This document shows positions 48,053-58,390 of a stretch of DNA of 64,000 bases, one piece after another. Source of the DNA: Candidatus Nanohaloarchaea archaeon (GTDB taxonomy: Archaea > Nanohalarchaeota > Nanosalinia > Nanosalinales > Nanosalinaceae); NCBI GenBank assembly GCA_013343275.1, contig CP046106.1, positions 224,001 to 288,000 on the forward strand, written 5' to 3'. The stretch's first letter is position 1. Each line of letters starts with the position of its first letter. The notes beneath the pieces were generated by a model. The model saw only the letters and a list, made by a program, of their open reading frames with translations. It did not search any database and was not told the origin of the DNA. Both the position numbers and the translations under genes were made by a program.

Positions 48053-48610
48053 TCAATCCACCGAACGCCAGAGATAAAGACTGGCGATACTTCTGTACGG
48101 TTTCCACTCCTCAGCCTTTTCTCTCATCTCGCTCCTGGAGTCGAGGCCGTACAGTTTCTCCATAGCCTTCCTGATACCTAGGTCCTCAACAGGGAAAACG
48201 TCCTCACGGGCCAGTACAAAGATCATAAACATCTTCGCAGTCCATTCGCCTACCCCATGAATATCCGTCAACTCTTCAATCACTTCTTCATCCGGCATCT
48301 TCGAGAATTTCTCTGGAGAAAGATTGTCTTCCTGGAAATGCTTTGCTGCCGACCTGATGTAATCTATCTTCTGCCTTGAAAGCCCTACATCAGAAAGATT
48401 CTCTTCATTGGCATCCAGCAAGGCCTCCGGGGTTATCTCAAAGTTTTCGAAAAGTCTTTCTCTGATGGCCTCTGCTGACTGTGTGGATAGCTGCTGGTTG
48501 ACAATCGAGACAACCATTCTCTCGAAGGGTTTATTGGAGGCCTCCAGTTCCAGCTCTCCGTGTTCCTCGATCAGAGCTCTCAGTTTTTCGTCTTCTTTCA
48601 GCGGTTCCAT
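48053..48610 (-). CDS. DNA-3-methyladenine glycosylase II (AlkA family)
   Basis: SIVNQQLS, HhH IHGVGEWTA, FPVEDLG, WKPYRS. Confidence 0.92.
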   Translation of the reverse strand: MEPLKEDEKLRALIEEHGELELEASNKPFERMVVSIVNQQLSTQSAEAIRERLFENFEITPEALLDANEENLSDVGLSRQKIDYIRSAAKHFQEDNLSPEKFSKMPDEEVIEELTDIHGVGEWTAKMFMIFVLAREDVFPVEDLGIRKAMEKLYGLDSRSEMREKAEEWKPYRSIASLYLWRSVD

Positions 48611-49452
48611 TATTCTCTGAGTTCCAGAACCTTCTCCAGGTTCTCCTTGTATCCGTCTCTTTCGTCGCTCGGTGTTTCAAGGATCATAGGCAGGTCTTCA
48701 AACTCCTCTGCGTTGACGATGTTGGAGAAGCCTTCATCTCCGATCTTCCCGCACCCTATATCCTGGTGGTTGTCTTTTTCTGAACCTTTCTCGTCTTTTG
48801 AATCGTTAAGGTGTAGAACTTTGATCTTGTCCAGGCCTATGTCTTCCCTAATTTCCTGAAGAAAGTCCTCGAATCCTTCCTCGGTTTTCAGGTCGTATCC
48901 TGCGGCGTGTGCGTGGCATGTGTCGATGCAGACTCCGATCTTCTCGTCCGGCGTGTCCGCGTGTTTGATCATATCTCTGAGTTCGCCCATCGATCTTCCG
49001 AGGGTTGTGCCTTTTCCGGCCGTATTTTCAAGTAGTAAAGTTACGTTTTCCGGTATGTTCAGTTCGTCGATTCCTTCGGCAATCCTCTTTACTCCTGTAT
49101 CTCTTCCGCTCCCGGTATGTGCTCCTGGATGGAATACAACGTATTCGACTCCTAAAGTGCTCGCGGCATCAAGTTCGCTCTGGAGACAGTTCAACGATTT
49201 CTCGAATAGATCGTCTTTCGGCGTTGCAAGGTTTACCAGATAGGTGGAGTGAATCACGTACGGGTTCTGGCCTTTCTCATCTCTGAGGTCTTGGAATTCC
49301 TGTCCGTCCTCTTCGTCGTATTCTGATACGCTCCAGGTTCTTGGAGATCCTGCAAATATCTGACCGCAGTTACCTCCTATCTCTTCCTGGCGTTCGATCG
49401 CTTTGTCAAGGCCTCCCGAAATACTGACGTGTGCACCTATTCTGATGTTCAT
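48610..49452 (-). CDS. nfo: Endonuclease IV
   Basis: IGAHVS, FHPG, LLENTAG, IDTCH, HLNDSK, ILETP; start reassigned to MNIRIG. Confidence 0.93.
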   Translation of the reverse strand: MNIRIGAHVSISGGLDKAIERQEEIGGNCGQIFAGSPRTWSVSEYDEEDGQEFQDLRDEKGQNPYVIHSTYLVNLATPKDDLFEKSLNCLQSELDAASTLGVEYVVFHPGAHTGSGRDTGVKRIAEGIDELNIPENVTLLLENTAGKGTTLGRSMGELRDMIKHADTPDEKIGVCIDTCHAHAAGYDLKTEEGFEDFLQEIREDIGLDKIKVLHLNDSKDEKGSEKDNHQDIGCGKIGDEGFSNIVNAEEFEDLPMILETPSDERDGYKENLEKVLELRE

Positions 49453-49541
49453 ACTGAAACCTGGAAGGGAGAACTTGAAATAATCTTTCGAAACAGGTAG
49501 GCCTGCCATTAAAAAGAGTTTGTGTAATATAGTTGAACTAT

Positions 49542-50609
49542 ATGTCACAGAAAATCTTGGATAAACTGACGCACCTTCAGGAGAACCATGCTCTGGAAGT
49601 CGTGCTTTTCTTCCTGTTGTTGACGGTGGCAATGATTCCGGGTATGGGCCGTGTTGAGACGATTGTGGCTCTGGAGAATATGATGCCGTCAAGTTCTGAG
49701 CCGGTCAGAGAGTTCAACAATCTCAGGGCAGAAGGAATAGGCAAAGACTCTATTGCTGTACAGATCACAGCAGGCAAGGGCGCGGACGGCGTCGAATCCA
49801 TAGGCAGTGAAACGGCCCGCCAGTACATCGAACAGCTTGCCAAGGATATCGAAGACATATACGGAGTTACAGAGGTCTATACACCCTACGAGATGGAAGG
49901 CCTGATAGATGACAGGAACAGGACGGCTGTGATAATTGCATATACCTATATGGGTGATTCTGGAAGCTCTATGGATAGAATATTCAATGAAGTAAAGGAG
50001 GAAACACAGTATAACAGACCTGAAGGAATTAAGGCGTCTGTTTCGGGAGTTCCTGCAGTTCAGCAGAGACTTTCCTCCATGGTCCAGCGCGATAAAAATG
50101 TTACTACAGCTATTTCTCTTTTCCTGGTGTTTCTGATAACTTTAGGCCTGTTTGAAGGCTCTTTAACCTCTTCGATCATGCCACTTATTGTTGTAGGCCT
50201 GAGCGTGGTCTGGCTTTATGGAACAATGGGTTACCTAGGTATACCTCTTTCAACGCTTGCAGGATCGGTAGCTGCGCTGGTTATAGGTATAGGTATCGAT
50301 TACTCGGTGCACATCCTGAATACTTACAGATTCCATCGTAGAGACAATACTGTGGGAGAGGCGCTCTCTGAGGCGGTAGGCGAGACAGGAGTAGCTATTG
50401 TTGCTACCTCTGTCACAACTATCAGCGCCTTTATGGCCTTTCTCTCAGGTAAAATGCCAGAGATGCACAGGTTCGGAATTATAATGTCGATAGGAATTGG
50501 CTACTCGCTTATTTTCAGCTTCTTCCTCCTGCCATCTGTATTCGTTTTGGAGGAGAAGTTAATCAACAAAATCCATGAATCTGTCAAGTGGAGGCATGAT
50601 TTCCGATGA
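49542..50609 (+). CDS. MMPL/RND family transporter, half-size subunit 1
   Basis: One TM + extracellular loop + 5 TM; GIGIDYSVH. Confidence 0.85.
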   Translation: MSQKILDKLTHLQENHALEVVLFFLLLTVAMIPGMGRVETIVALENMMPSSSEPVREFNNLRAEGIGKDSIAVQITAGKGADGVESIGSETARQYIEQLAKDIEDIYGVTEVYTPYEMEGLIDDRNRTAVIIAYTYMGDSGSSMDRIFNEVKEETQYNRPEGIKASVSGVPAVQQRLSSMVQRDKNVTTAISLFLVFLITLGLFEGSLTSSIMPLIVVGLSVVWLYGTMGYLGIPLSTLAGSVAALVIGIGIDYSVHILNTYRFHRRDNTVGEALSEAVGETGVAIVATSVTTISAFMAFLSGKMPEMHRFGIIMSIGIGYSLIFSFFLLPSVFVLEEKLINKIHESVKWRHDFR

Positions 50610-50661
50610 TTAGAAGGTTAACATCTTCTGCTAAATCAGGAGAAACCTGGAGGTTTTTCGG

Positions 50662-51723
50662 ATGATTATTGAGGAGTTGGCAGCCCGGACAGTTGAGATA
50701 CAGTCTGAAAGCCCTTACAAGGTACTTATGGTTCTGGGAGTACTGACTGCAATGATTCTGCCGGGCACCATGATGCTTGATATTAAGCCCAGTACTGAGG
50801 CCATACTTCCTGCAGATGATCCTGTAGTTGAATCTCTAGATACTTTGCGGGCCAAGTTTGCAGGAGATACAACCTATCTCGTGATTAACGCTGAGAATGA
50901 TATACGGAAGGCAGAGAACTTCGAGAGCATGTTAAGGATTCAGAAAAGGGTTGAACTATCATCAAATGTTCTCTCTACGAGTTCGCCTGCTTCGATGCTG
51001 GAGAGACGGTACGGTGAGATTCCTGAAGACGCTGATAGGCTGAAACAGTTCAACTACAGGAATATGGTTACGGAAGATTACAGAACTGCGGTAGTGGCTA
51101 TACGGGCAGATACACAGGCCAGTTCATCGGAGATCAGAAAACTGCATAACCGGATTCAACAGGTGGCTAACTCCGAGTTCCGTAGATCACAGTATCATCT
51201 GACAGGATACAATATGATTAATCTGGCGACATTCCAGGTTATAATCAGAGATTTCATGACTATAACAGCAGTCTCCTTTACTGCGGTTCTCGGCGTGCTT
51301 TACGCAGTTTTCAGAGATCCACGGAAGATGATGTATCCGATTGTACCTGTGATGTTCTCTCTGATCTGGATGCTGGGCCTCGGAGGATACCTCGGAGCAG
51401 ACCTTACAATAATCTCTATGGTATCTGCAGCCATGATAATGGGCCTCGGTATCGACTTTGGCATCCATGTGACGAAGAAGTATTTCTCCACAAAGAGAGG
51501 TACTGAAGGAATGAGCGAGACAATGATAGAGCTTTCCAGAGGCCTTCTTGGAGGGGCTGCAACGACAGGAGTTGGTTTTCTGGCCTTACTTGCAGCTAAT
51601 CTTACAGGAATGCACTCTCTTGGAATATTTCTGTTTACAGGTATAATTTCGGCCTATATTGGTGCTACCATCCTGCTTCCAACCCTTATACTGATTTCAG
51701 ACGGTAAAGAATCGATTGTATGA
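50662..51723 (+). CDS. MMPL/RND family transporter, half-size subunit 2
   Basis: GLGIDFGIH; own GGAGG SD-like site. Confidence 0.85.
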   Translation: MIIEELAARTVEIQSESPYKVLMVLGVLTAMILPGTMMLDIKPSTEAILPADDPVVESLDTLRAKFAGDTTYLVINAENDIRKAENFESMLRIQKRVELSSNVLSTSSPASMLERRYGEIPEDADRLKQFNYRNMVTEDYRTAVVAIRADTQASSSEIRKLHNRIQQVANSEFRRSQYHLTGYNMINLATFQVIIRDFMTITAVSFTAVLGVLYAVFRDPRKMMYPIVPVMFSLIWMLGLGGYLGADLTIISMVSAAMIMGLGIDFGIHVTKKYFSTKRGTEGMSETMIELSRGLLGGAATTGVGFLALLAANLTGMHSLGIFLFTGIISAYIGATILLPTLILISDGKESIV

Positions 51724-51733
51724 AAATGATACT

Positions 51734-52987
51734 ATGAAACGAACAACTACACATTCAACGGCTTTCAAGATTGGTCTAACCCTTACGATAATGATTATTG
51801 CTGCAGGACAGGGCCTTTCAGCGCCTCAACTGCAGGACGTCAGCTTTGATCCCGGAGTTATCTCTGCAGGAGACAGAGTCGACATTACGGCCTCGCTTCA
51901 TTACGATATCTACGATGGAGATGAGGAGGAGAAAAATGTGGCGGTATCGTTGAAGCCTGAGAACAGGCTCGCTGAGAGGTATGTAACTATTGAAGATGTT
52001 AACAGCGATAGTATCTTCATCTATCCTGGAGGAGGATGGAATCAGCAGTTCCAGGTCAAGGTTCACGGAGATGCTCCATCCGGAAACTACCGGTTCACAG
52101 TTGAAATTACAGAGACAGGTCAGAACTCAAGTACAACATATGAAGAGGAGTTCATCATGCCTGTTGAGAAAGAAGGCGTGGATCTGACGGCAGATGTTGT
52201 AAAGACCTCGCCAGATACACCTAGGGCAGGTGATAACGATGTTAGACTAGGCCTGAGAGTGTCCAATACTGGTAACAAGGATATCGAGGAGATAAAGGTA
52301 GTCCCGGAGTTTCCTGAAGGCGTTTCCTCTTCAAACGCTATGACAGAGAAGATACTGATCGACAGAATATCCAGGACCGGTTCCGCTAGAGAGCAACTTT
52401 CTGTAGACCTCAGAGACGATCTAAGGCCTGGAGTTTACTGGATTAACCTATCGGCAAGTTATGAGGACACAGAGAGCAACAGTTACAGCGAGAAACTTGA
52501 AATCCCTCTCAGAGTAGAAGGAAGGCCTGACCTCGAAGTCGTAAACTCCAGTATGGAGATGAAAGCAGGATCTACAGCCCAGCTGGAACTGACAGTTCTG
52601 AACACAGGAACTCAGGACGCAGAGGCTGTATCAGCCCGTGTTATCGCACAGAGATCTCAGCCTTTCTCACTGGCAGACAGATCAAACTATATCGGCGAGA
52701 TAAAGCCTGGAGAGAAAGGAAAAGCAGTACTCAGTATCTCCTCAGACAGGTCGGCATCACTGAAAGAGCATCAGCTAAAGATAGAGCTGAGAGCAAACGG
52801 AGACTCTGAAGAAGGCGACAACTCGGTCTATACCTTTACCGAAAACGTCGATGTGAGACTGGAGGATAGAGCCAGATCACCGCTCATCTATATTGGAACA
52901 GCAACAGCGCTTCTACTGCTGACGATAGGCCTTTTCAGGCACTTCCATGGAAGAAAAGATGACTCTGAAGGAGGTGAATCCCAGTGA
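51734..52987 (+). CDS. COG1361 S-layer-domain/CARDB-like surface protein
   Basis: Signal, repeated V.NTG..DA Ig-like modules, C-terminal TM. Confidence 0.8.
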   Translation: MKRTTTHSTAFKIGLTLTIMIIAAGQGLSAPQLQDVSFDPGVISAGDRVDITASLHYDIYDGDEEEKNVAVSLKPENRLAERYVTIEDVNSDSIFIYPGGGWNQQFQVKVHGDAPSGNYRFTVEITETGQNSSTTYEEEFIMPVEKEGVDLTADVVKTSPDTPRAGDNDVRLGLRVSNTGNKDIEEIKVVPEFPEGVSSSNAMTEKILIDRISRTGSAREQLSVDLRDDLRPGVYWINLSASYEDTESNSYSEKLEIPLRVEGRPDLEVVNSSMEMKAGSTAQLELTVLNTGTQDAEAVSARVIAQRSQPFSLADRSNYIGEIKPGEKGKAVLSISSDRSASLKEHQLKIELRANGDSEEGDNSVYTFTENVDVRLEDRARSPLIYIGTATALLLLTIGLFRHFHGRKDDSEGGESQ

Positions 52988-53172
52988 GAAGCAAGAAAAA
53001 ATTCATGAGAAGGCTCGCAGGCACAACGATCCTGACAGGATTCATCGGCGGATGGTTTGTCCACCCATACTTCTATCTAATCGATGCCTTTGTAGGCCTC
53101 AACATGTGGCAGAGCAGCTTTACAGATTTCTGCCCGCCTGAAATGTTCTACGAGGAATATATCGCGGAATAA
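52984..53172 (+). CDS. DUF2892 (YgaP-like) membrane protein
   Basis: R.LAG, FVGLN..QS.FT.FCP. Confidence 0.8.
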   Translation: MRSKKKFMRRLAGTTILTGFIGGWFVHPYFYLIDAFVGLNMWQSSFTDFCPPEMFYEEYIAE

Positions 53173-53202
53173 ATTTTTCTGTTCTCTTCTTTTTCATCTC
53201 CT

Positions 53203-53886
53203 TTATTTTTCCGGGAACTCTGAGAGCTCTCCGTCTTCCAGCCATATCACTCTATCAGCTTCTTTTCCGAGTTCTTTCTCGTGGTTGACAGTGATTACCG
53301 TCTGTCCCTGTTCAGCTAGATCTCTGTAGAGCTGCATCATCTTTTCTGAGACCTCTGTATCCAGCTGGGAAGTTGATTCATCCGCCAGCAATATTTCAGG
53401 TTCTCCAGCGAGAGCTCTGGCTACAGCCACTCTCTGCCTCTGTCCTCCCGAGAGTTCATCCGGGGAATGTTTCATCCTGTCGCTCAGGCCTACTTTTTCA
53501 AGAGCTTCTCTTGCTCTCTCTTTTGCCTCTGAGTCAGGTACGCCATCAAGTGTTAGAGGAAGGTATACCTGTTCCAGGCTGTTAAATCCTTTCAGCAGTG
53601 AGTAGAACTGGAATACGAAACCTATTTTCTCAAGCCTGAACTCTGATTTTTCATCCTCAGTCATACTTGATGTATTGGTGCCATCGACCGTGATTTCTCC
53701 ACTGGAAGGATCATCTAATAGGCCTATCAGATGCATTAAAGTGGACTTTCCAGAACCAGAAGGACCCATTATCGATACAAACTCCCCTTTCTCTATATCG
53801 ATACTTACGTCTTTCAAGGCCTCCACCTCTACTTCTCCCATGCTGTATATCTTCGACAGGTCTTCAGTTTTGATTGCGTAGTTCAT
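53203..53886 (-). CDS. ABC transporter ATP-binding protein (LolD/MacB-like)
   Basis: GPSGSGKST, LSGGQRQR, LLADE. Confidence 0.93.
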   Translation of the reverse strand: MNYAIKTEDLSKIYSMGEVEVEALKDVSIDIEKGEFVSIMGPSGSGKSTLMHLIGLLDDPSSGEITVDGTNTSSMTEDEKSEFRLEKIGFVFQFYSLLKGFNSLEQVYLPLTLDGVPDSEAKERAREALEKVGLSDRMKHSPDELSGGQRQRVAVARALAGEPEILLADESTSQLDTEVSEKMMQLYRDLAEQGQTVITVNHEKELGKEADRVIWLEDGELSEFPEK

Positions 53887-55061
53887 CGGTTCTCGATCGT
53901 CTCGACTATCTCGGTTTTTGAAGCAAGATATGCAGGTACGAAGCCTGCTACCACGGAAGCTGCTACCATCCAGGCACTCCTTGTCAGCAGCAGGTTCGGT
54001 GAGATTCTCGTTGATATGGTCCCTACAGGCGAGTTTATCGGGTGGGAGGTGAGGAAAGAGTTTATCCCCAGCGTGAGCACGTTGCCGATCACTACTCCGG
54101 TCAGGCCGAAGATGAAGGCTTCCAGCACGAATATCTCCAGCACTCTCCTCTCCTTTGCTCCCACCGCCCTTACGATACCCATTTCCCTTACTCTCTTGCT
54201 GGTGTTGATGAATATGACGACGCCTATCGCCGCGAGAGCCACTATCAGGCCTACTATGGAAAGCACGTTGATCACTATAGCGAATGTTCCGGAGATTCCC
54301 TCCGCCATGTTTGACTGTTCTCTCCAGGTCTTGATCTCTCCCTGCGTGTTTAAGGCCTGGAGTCGCTTCTTGAAGTTGTCTGATGCTTCCCTGTCTTCAA
54401 GTATCACTTTGATCTTGCTGGCTCTGTTTTCGACTCCCAGCATCTGCTCTGCCTGTTCAAATGTTACGTATATCTTCTTGGACATGCCCGCTATCCCGCC
54501 TTTCGTGCCTATAACACCTCTAACCTTGAACTCGCGGCTGAAGTTCTCACCTTTTAGAGTGAGTATCTGACCGCGGTCGATTCCTAGGCCTTCGATTCCT
54601 CTTTTCTCGCTTTCAGCTGCGATAAATCTTCCTATAACTGTCTCATCGGAGTCCTCCTTCAGGAAGCTCCCGGATATCATCTTGGAGGTGTATCCTTCAA
54701 AATCTGGGGAGTCCGTACCTTTCACAGTTATGTGCGCTACTTCTCCACTGTAGACAGCGGAGGCCCTGAAGGTCAGGACTTTCTCCACATTCTCCACTCC
54801 AGCGAGCCTTGAAATCCTGTTCACCAGGGCCTCAGGGTTCTCAAGGTATCCTTCTTCCGCCTCAACTGCGGCGTGACCTGTCTGACCCTCTATCAGGCCT
54901 TCGGTGAAGGTATGGCTGAGGCCGGTGATGAATGCAGGGAAGAAGACCAGGTTCAGGAAGGCGAAGCTGAGCATCACCACAACTATCAAGGAAACTTTCT
55001 TGTCCTCGAATATGTCTCTCTTCGCCAGTTTCCAGACGAACTTCGCCTTGTGCAGCTTCAT
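53883..55061 (-). CDS. ABC transporter permease (FtsX/MacB-like)
   Basis: TM1, large loop, REMGIVRAVGA, three further TMs. Confidence 0.9.
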   Translation of the reverse strand: MKLHKAKFVWKLAKRDIFEDKKVSLIVVVMLSFAFLNLVFFPAFITGLSHTFTEGLIEGQTGHAAVEAEEGYLENPEALVNRISRLAGVENVEKVLTFRASAVYSGEVAHITVKGTDSPDFEGYTSKMISGSFLKEDSDETVIGRFIAAESEKRGIEGLGIDRGQILTLKGENFSREFKVRGVIGTKGGIAGMSKKIYVTFEQAEQMLGVENRASKIKVILEDREASDNFKKRLQALNTQGEIKTWREQSNMAEGISGTFAIVINVLSIVGLIVALAAIGVVIFINTSKRVREMGIVRAVGAKERRVLEIFVLEAFIFGLTGVVIGNVLTLGINSFLTSHPINSPVGTISTRISPNLLLTRSAWMVAASVVAGFVPAYLASKTEIVETIENR

Positions 55062-55065
55062 GGAA

Positions 55066-56166
55066 TCACTCCTGCTTTTTTCTCCAGTAATATGTTCCTC
55101 CGACCAGCAGGACAGCCAGAACCCCTAGAATCGGTATCTTATCAGTTCTCTTTCGGGAGGCACTGATTTCAAATGATTGAGTGGCTTGTTCTTCCTTTGA
55201 GTCGGTGTAGCTTATTTCTACAGTACAGTTAACTTCGCCAGAGTTCGGTATCACCTGGTAGACTGTCGGAACGCTTTCCCCGGAGTCCAGTGATCCTGCG
55301 AACGCCTTTGAGTCCTGTACTTTGGCGTTTTTGCATGAGAGTTTTGAGGAAAGTTTCTCGGCCTCGCCAGGCCCTGTGTTCTCGAGTTCAACCATTACCC
55401 GTGTGTCCGATCCCATGTATGCCTCTTCTGTTTGGATCTGTGAAACTGTTATCTCTGCGTTTTCCTGTATGTATACCGAGCTGGAGGCTTTTTCCACATC
55501 TTTTCTGCTCTCGTCTCTGTACTCGGAGGTTATCTGAATATCATGAGTGCCTGAAGAGATCGCATCTGATGTTCGGATGCTTATATTTTTTACCGCGGTT
55601 TCTTCAGGCCTTAATGATCCGAGGTACATCTTTGAAGGATCAAAACTGGTGCTGGGCATTGAAAATGTTACCGATATCTGGGAGGCGGTATCTGTTCCGG
55701 TGTTTCTTATCTTCAGTGATGCTTCAGAGTCTTTTCCCTGTACTATTCCGGTGGTGTTTATCGAGATAAACAGATTAGGTTCTCCATCCACTACAATCGA
55801 AAAGGTTTCTTCCTGGCCGAATCCTGTATTGTAGGACGAGTCAGGTTCCAGATCTATTTTGTAGGTTCCGGAAGCTGTTCCCTCTTCTACCTTGATCTTG
55901 AAGGTTCTTTCAACGCTACAGTCAGCGCAAAGCTCTGTAAGGCCTTCATCAGGCTGGTTTATTACCTTGAACCCTTCCGGAAGATTTAATGTCAGAGGCT
56001 TGTATGTTGCGGACTCGTATTCTGAATTATGTATGGTAGCCTGAACAGTAAAGGTGTTTCCCGGCTTTACTTTTGCCTTTGAGATGTCGCTGATAGTTGT
56101 TGAGGCCATTGCAGAGCTGGAGACTGCCAGAAGGAGGGATGTAATCAAGACGACTTTCGCATTCAT
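55066..56166 (-). CDS. COG1361 S-layer-domain/CARDB-like surface protein
   Basis: Signal peptide, I.NTG...A repeats, C-terminal TM with basic tail. Confidence 0.8.
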   Translation of the reverse strand: MNAKVVLITSLLLAVSSSAMASTTISDISKAKVKPGNTFTVQATIHNSEYESATYKPLTLNLPEGFKVINQPDEGLTELCADCSVERTFKIKVEEGTASGTYKIDLEPDSSYNTGFGQEETFSIVVDGEPNLFISINTTGIVQGKDSEASLKIRNTGTDTASQISVTFSMPSTSFDPSKMYLGSLRPEETAVKNISIRTSDAISSGTHDIQITSEYRDESRKDVEKASSSVYIQENAEITVSQIQTEEAYMGSDTRVMVELENTGPGEAEKLSSKLSCKNAKVQDSKAFAGSLDSGESVPTVYQVIPNSGEVNCTVEISYTDSKEEQATQSFEISASRKRTDKIPILGVLAVLLVGGTYYWRKKQE

Positions 56167-56185
56167 ATCTAACAGGTTCTTGATC

Positions 56186-56215
56186 CTAACTTATAAAGTT
56201 AGTGAGGACTAACTT
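56186..56215. promoter_or_regulatory. Inverted repeats, probable TetR operator
   Basis: AAGTTAGT-GAGG-ACTAACTT (56196-56215) plus overlapping CTAACTT-ATA-AAGTTAG, between divergent genes. Confidence 0.65.
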
Positions 56216-56221
56216 AGTGGT

Positions 56222-56809
56222 ATGGGTGAGAGAAAGACTTCCGAGGAACGCCGCGAACAGATACTTGAGACAGCACTTGAGATCCTTCATGAGGAAGGAA
56301 GATCCCGCCTGACTGTCGGAAGAATTGCTGAAAAAATCAGTATTTCCGAGGCCGCAGTGTACAGACACTTCGACTCCAAGGAGGAGATTATCAGAAAGAT
56401 GGCGGAGAAAGTTTTCTCGATAGAGCTAGTCGATCCTGAGGAGCTGAGCTTTGAGGCGCCTAAAGAGCTTCTTGAGGAGATAATTAGAGGGATTTTCGCT
56501 AAACTTGAAGAGGACAGAAAGATCGCCTCAGTACTGTTCCACGACGAACTATTTACAGAGTATCCAGAAGTGGAGGAAATATTCAGAGAACACAGAAAAG
56601 AGAAGAAGGAGAAGCTGAAGAACCTCGTGATCATGGGAAAGACATCAGGCCTGTTTAACGAAGAAGTTGATCCTGACACGTTCGCAAGAACTATGATGGG
56701 CAGCATCAGGATAACAGTGCTTGAATGGAGAGATGCTGAATTCTCTCACTCTCTGGAAGAAGAAGTAAGGCCTCTTGCACAGCATCTGGCAAAAATTCTC
56801 CAGAACTGA
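56222..56809 (+). CDS. TetR/AcrR family regulator
   Basis: ILETALEIL..LTVGRIAEKISISEAAVYRHFDSKEEI. Confidence 0.93.
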   Translation: MGERKTSEERREQILETALEILHEEGRSRLTVGRIAEKISISEAAVYRHFDSKEEIIRKMAEKVFSIELVDPEELSFEAPKELLEEIIRGIFAKLEEDRKIASVLFHDELFTEYPEVEEIFREHRKEKKEKLKNLVIMGKTSGLFNEEVDPDTFARTMMGSIRITVLEWRDAEFSHSLEEEVRPLAQHLAKILQN

Positions 56810-56866
56810 GTTTATCTAGTATATTTATACAAAACTATTTAAATTTGCATGCATGAGTGTGCACAT

Positions 56867-57169
56867 ATGCAAGTTTTCAAGGCGCTTTCGAGCGACACCC
56901 GGCTCCACGTGTTAGAGCTTATCATGGAGCATGAGCCGGTATGCATCTGTGAACTAGACGAGACGTGTCCACGCGATCGATCCGTGATCTCTCGCCACAT
57001 CAAGAAACTGGACGAGGCAGGAGTGATAGAGACTGAGAAAGACGGGAGAAAGCTTATCTCGACAATTCCGCAGAGAGAAGCAGTCGAAAATCTACTAGAA
57101 GCCAAGGAGGTGCTAGAAGATGAAGATTCAGATTCTGGGAAGAGGATGTCCAAAATGCAAGAAGCTTGA
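56867..57169 (+). CDS. ArsR/SmtB family regulator
   Basis: FKALSSDTRL, VCICEL, SVISRHIKKLDEAG. Confidence 0.88.
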   Translation: MQVFKALSSDTRLHVLELIMEHEPVCICELDETCPRDRSVISRHIKKLDEAGVIETEKDGRKLISTIPQREAVENLLEAKEVLEDEDSDSGKRMSKMQEA

Positions 57170-57389
57170 GAAAAACGCTGAAAACGCACTGGAGCAGATG
57201 AAGGAGAACGCTGAAGAAGCATCCGAAGGCCTCGAAAATGTTGAGATCGAGAAAGTATACGATCTGCAGGAAGCCAGCAAGATGGGCCTGATGTCTGCAC
57301 CAGGCCTTGCGATCGACGGCGAGCTCAAGAAGCAGGGCAGCGTCCTTAAACCCGATGAGATCAGGGAAGTCATACAGCAGGAAGCATGA
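57120..57389 (+). CDS. Small redox-active disulfide protein (MTH895/thioredoxin_3 family)
   Basis: MKIQILG.GCPKC, GLMSAPGLAIDG. Confidence 0.88.
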   Translation: MKIQILGRGCPKCKKLEKNAENALEQMKENAEEASEGLENVEIEKVYDLQEASKMGLMSAPGLAIDGELKKQGSVLKPDEIREVIQQEA

Positions 57390-58291
57390 TCTCTTCACTC
57401 TCCTCTCTCCTTCTTTCGCTCGGAGTACCGCAGTCGATAGCCGGAGTCATATCCTTCTGGATCTTCGACTCCGTTAAGATACTGGCTTTGATGTCCGTAC
57501 TGTTCTTCGGCCTGAACTATCTGAGGACATACCTGACTCCGCAGAAGATCAGCGAGTACCTCGACAGGCACAAGTCTGTCCAGTACCCCTTGGCATCGGT
57601 TTTCGGAACGCTCTCGCCTTTTTGCTCCTGTTCCACGATACCACTCTTCATGGGTTTCCTGCGCGCAGGAGTCTCTATAGGCCCTACACTAACCTTCCTG
57701 CTGACCTCTCCGATAGTCAACCTTGTGGCGATACCGATACTCTGGACTGCCTTCGGCTGGAAGATAACACTGCTCTACACCGCGGTAGGCCTCACGATCA
57801 GCATGATAGCCGGTTACTCGCTCGAGAAACTTGGCTTCGAGAAAAACATCGAGAGAGGAGACGTCGCCGAGACAGAAGTAGACAACAGATGGAAGGAAGC
57901 GTACAGAGACACCTACGACCAGATGAAAAGATTCACTCCTTATGTCCTGGTAGGAACAGCTCTTGGAGCGTTGATCCACGGCTACCTGCCCACTGATTTG
58001 CTGAAGAGGTACGCCTCCACGGTCTGGGCGGTGCCTGTAGCGGTATTGCTGGCGGTACCGGTCTACACCAACATCTTCGCCGTCATACCGGTAGTTGAAT
58101 CACTGATGGAGAAAGGCCTTCCTGTCTCGGTAGCTGTCACCTTCATGATGGCGGCAGCAGGCCTTTCACTCCCCGAATTCATAATGCTGAAGGATGTCAT
58201 GGACAACAAGATGCTCGCGGCATTGATAGGAGTGGTTACGGCAGTCATAATTCTTACTGGATATCTGATCGCGGCAGTACCGAGTCTCTAG
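57386..58291 (+). CDS. ArsP/DUF318 family permease
   Basis: PFCSCSTIP, FLLTSP, GLSLPE motifs. Confidence 0.88.
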   Translation: MISSLSSLLLSLGVPQSIAGVISFWIFDSVKILALMSVLFFGLNYLRTYLTPQKISEYLDRHKSVQYPLASVFGTLSPFCSCSTIPLFMGFLRAGVSIGPTLTFLLTSPIVNLVAIPILWTAFGWKITLLYTAVGLTISMIAGYSLEKLGFEKNIERGDVAETEVDNRWKEAYRDTYDQMKRFTPYVLVGTALGALIHGYLPTDLLKRYASTVWAVPVAVLLAVPVYTNIFAVIPVVESLMEKGLPVSVAVTFMMAAAGLSLPEFIMLKDVMDNKMLAALIGVVTAVIILTGYLIAAVPSL

Positions 58292-58390
58292 AGACTAGCA
58301 AGGTGTCACATCTTCGCCAGTTTCTCTCTTTTTCTCGCTTTAACCAGGTCAATCTATTGCTTTATAACTCAGTTAGGCCAAAAGCTGCTT

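Noticed and set aside
49453-49692. 80-aa N-terminal extension of endonuclease IV in the ORF track
   Set aside because: Overlaps the divergent MMPL gene; homology begins at MNIRIGAH (49452)
56845-56872. TTGCAT...ATGCAA as ArsR operator
   Set aside because: Only 6 bp of clean symmetry; plausible but too weak to call
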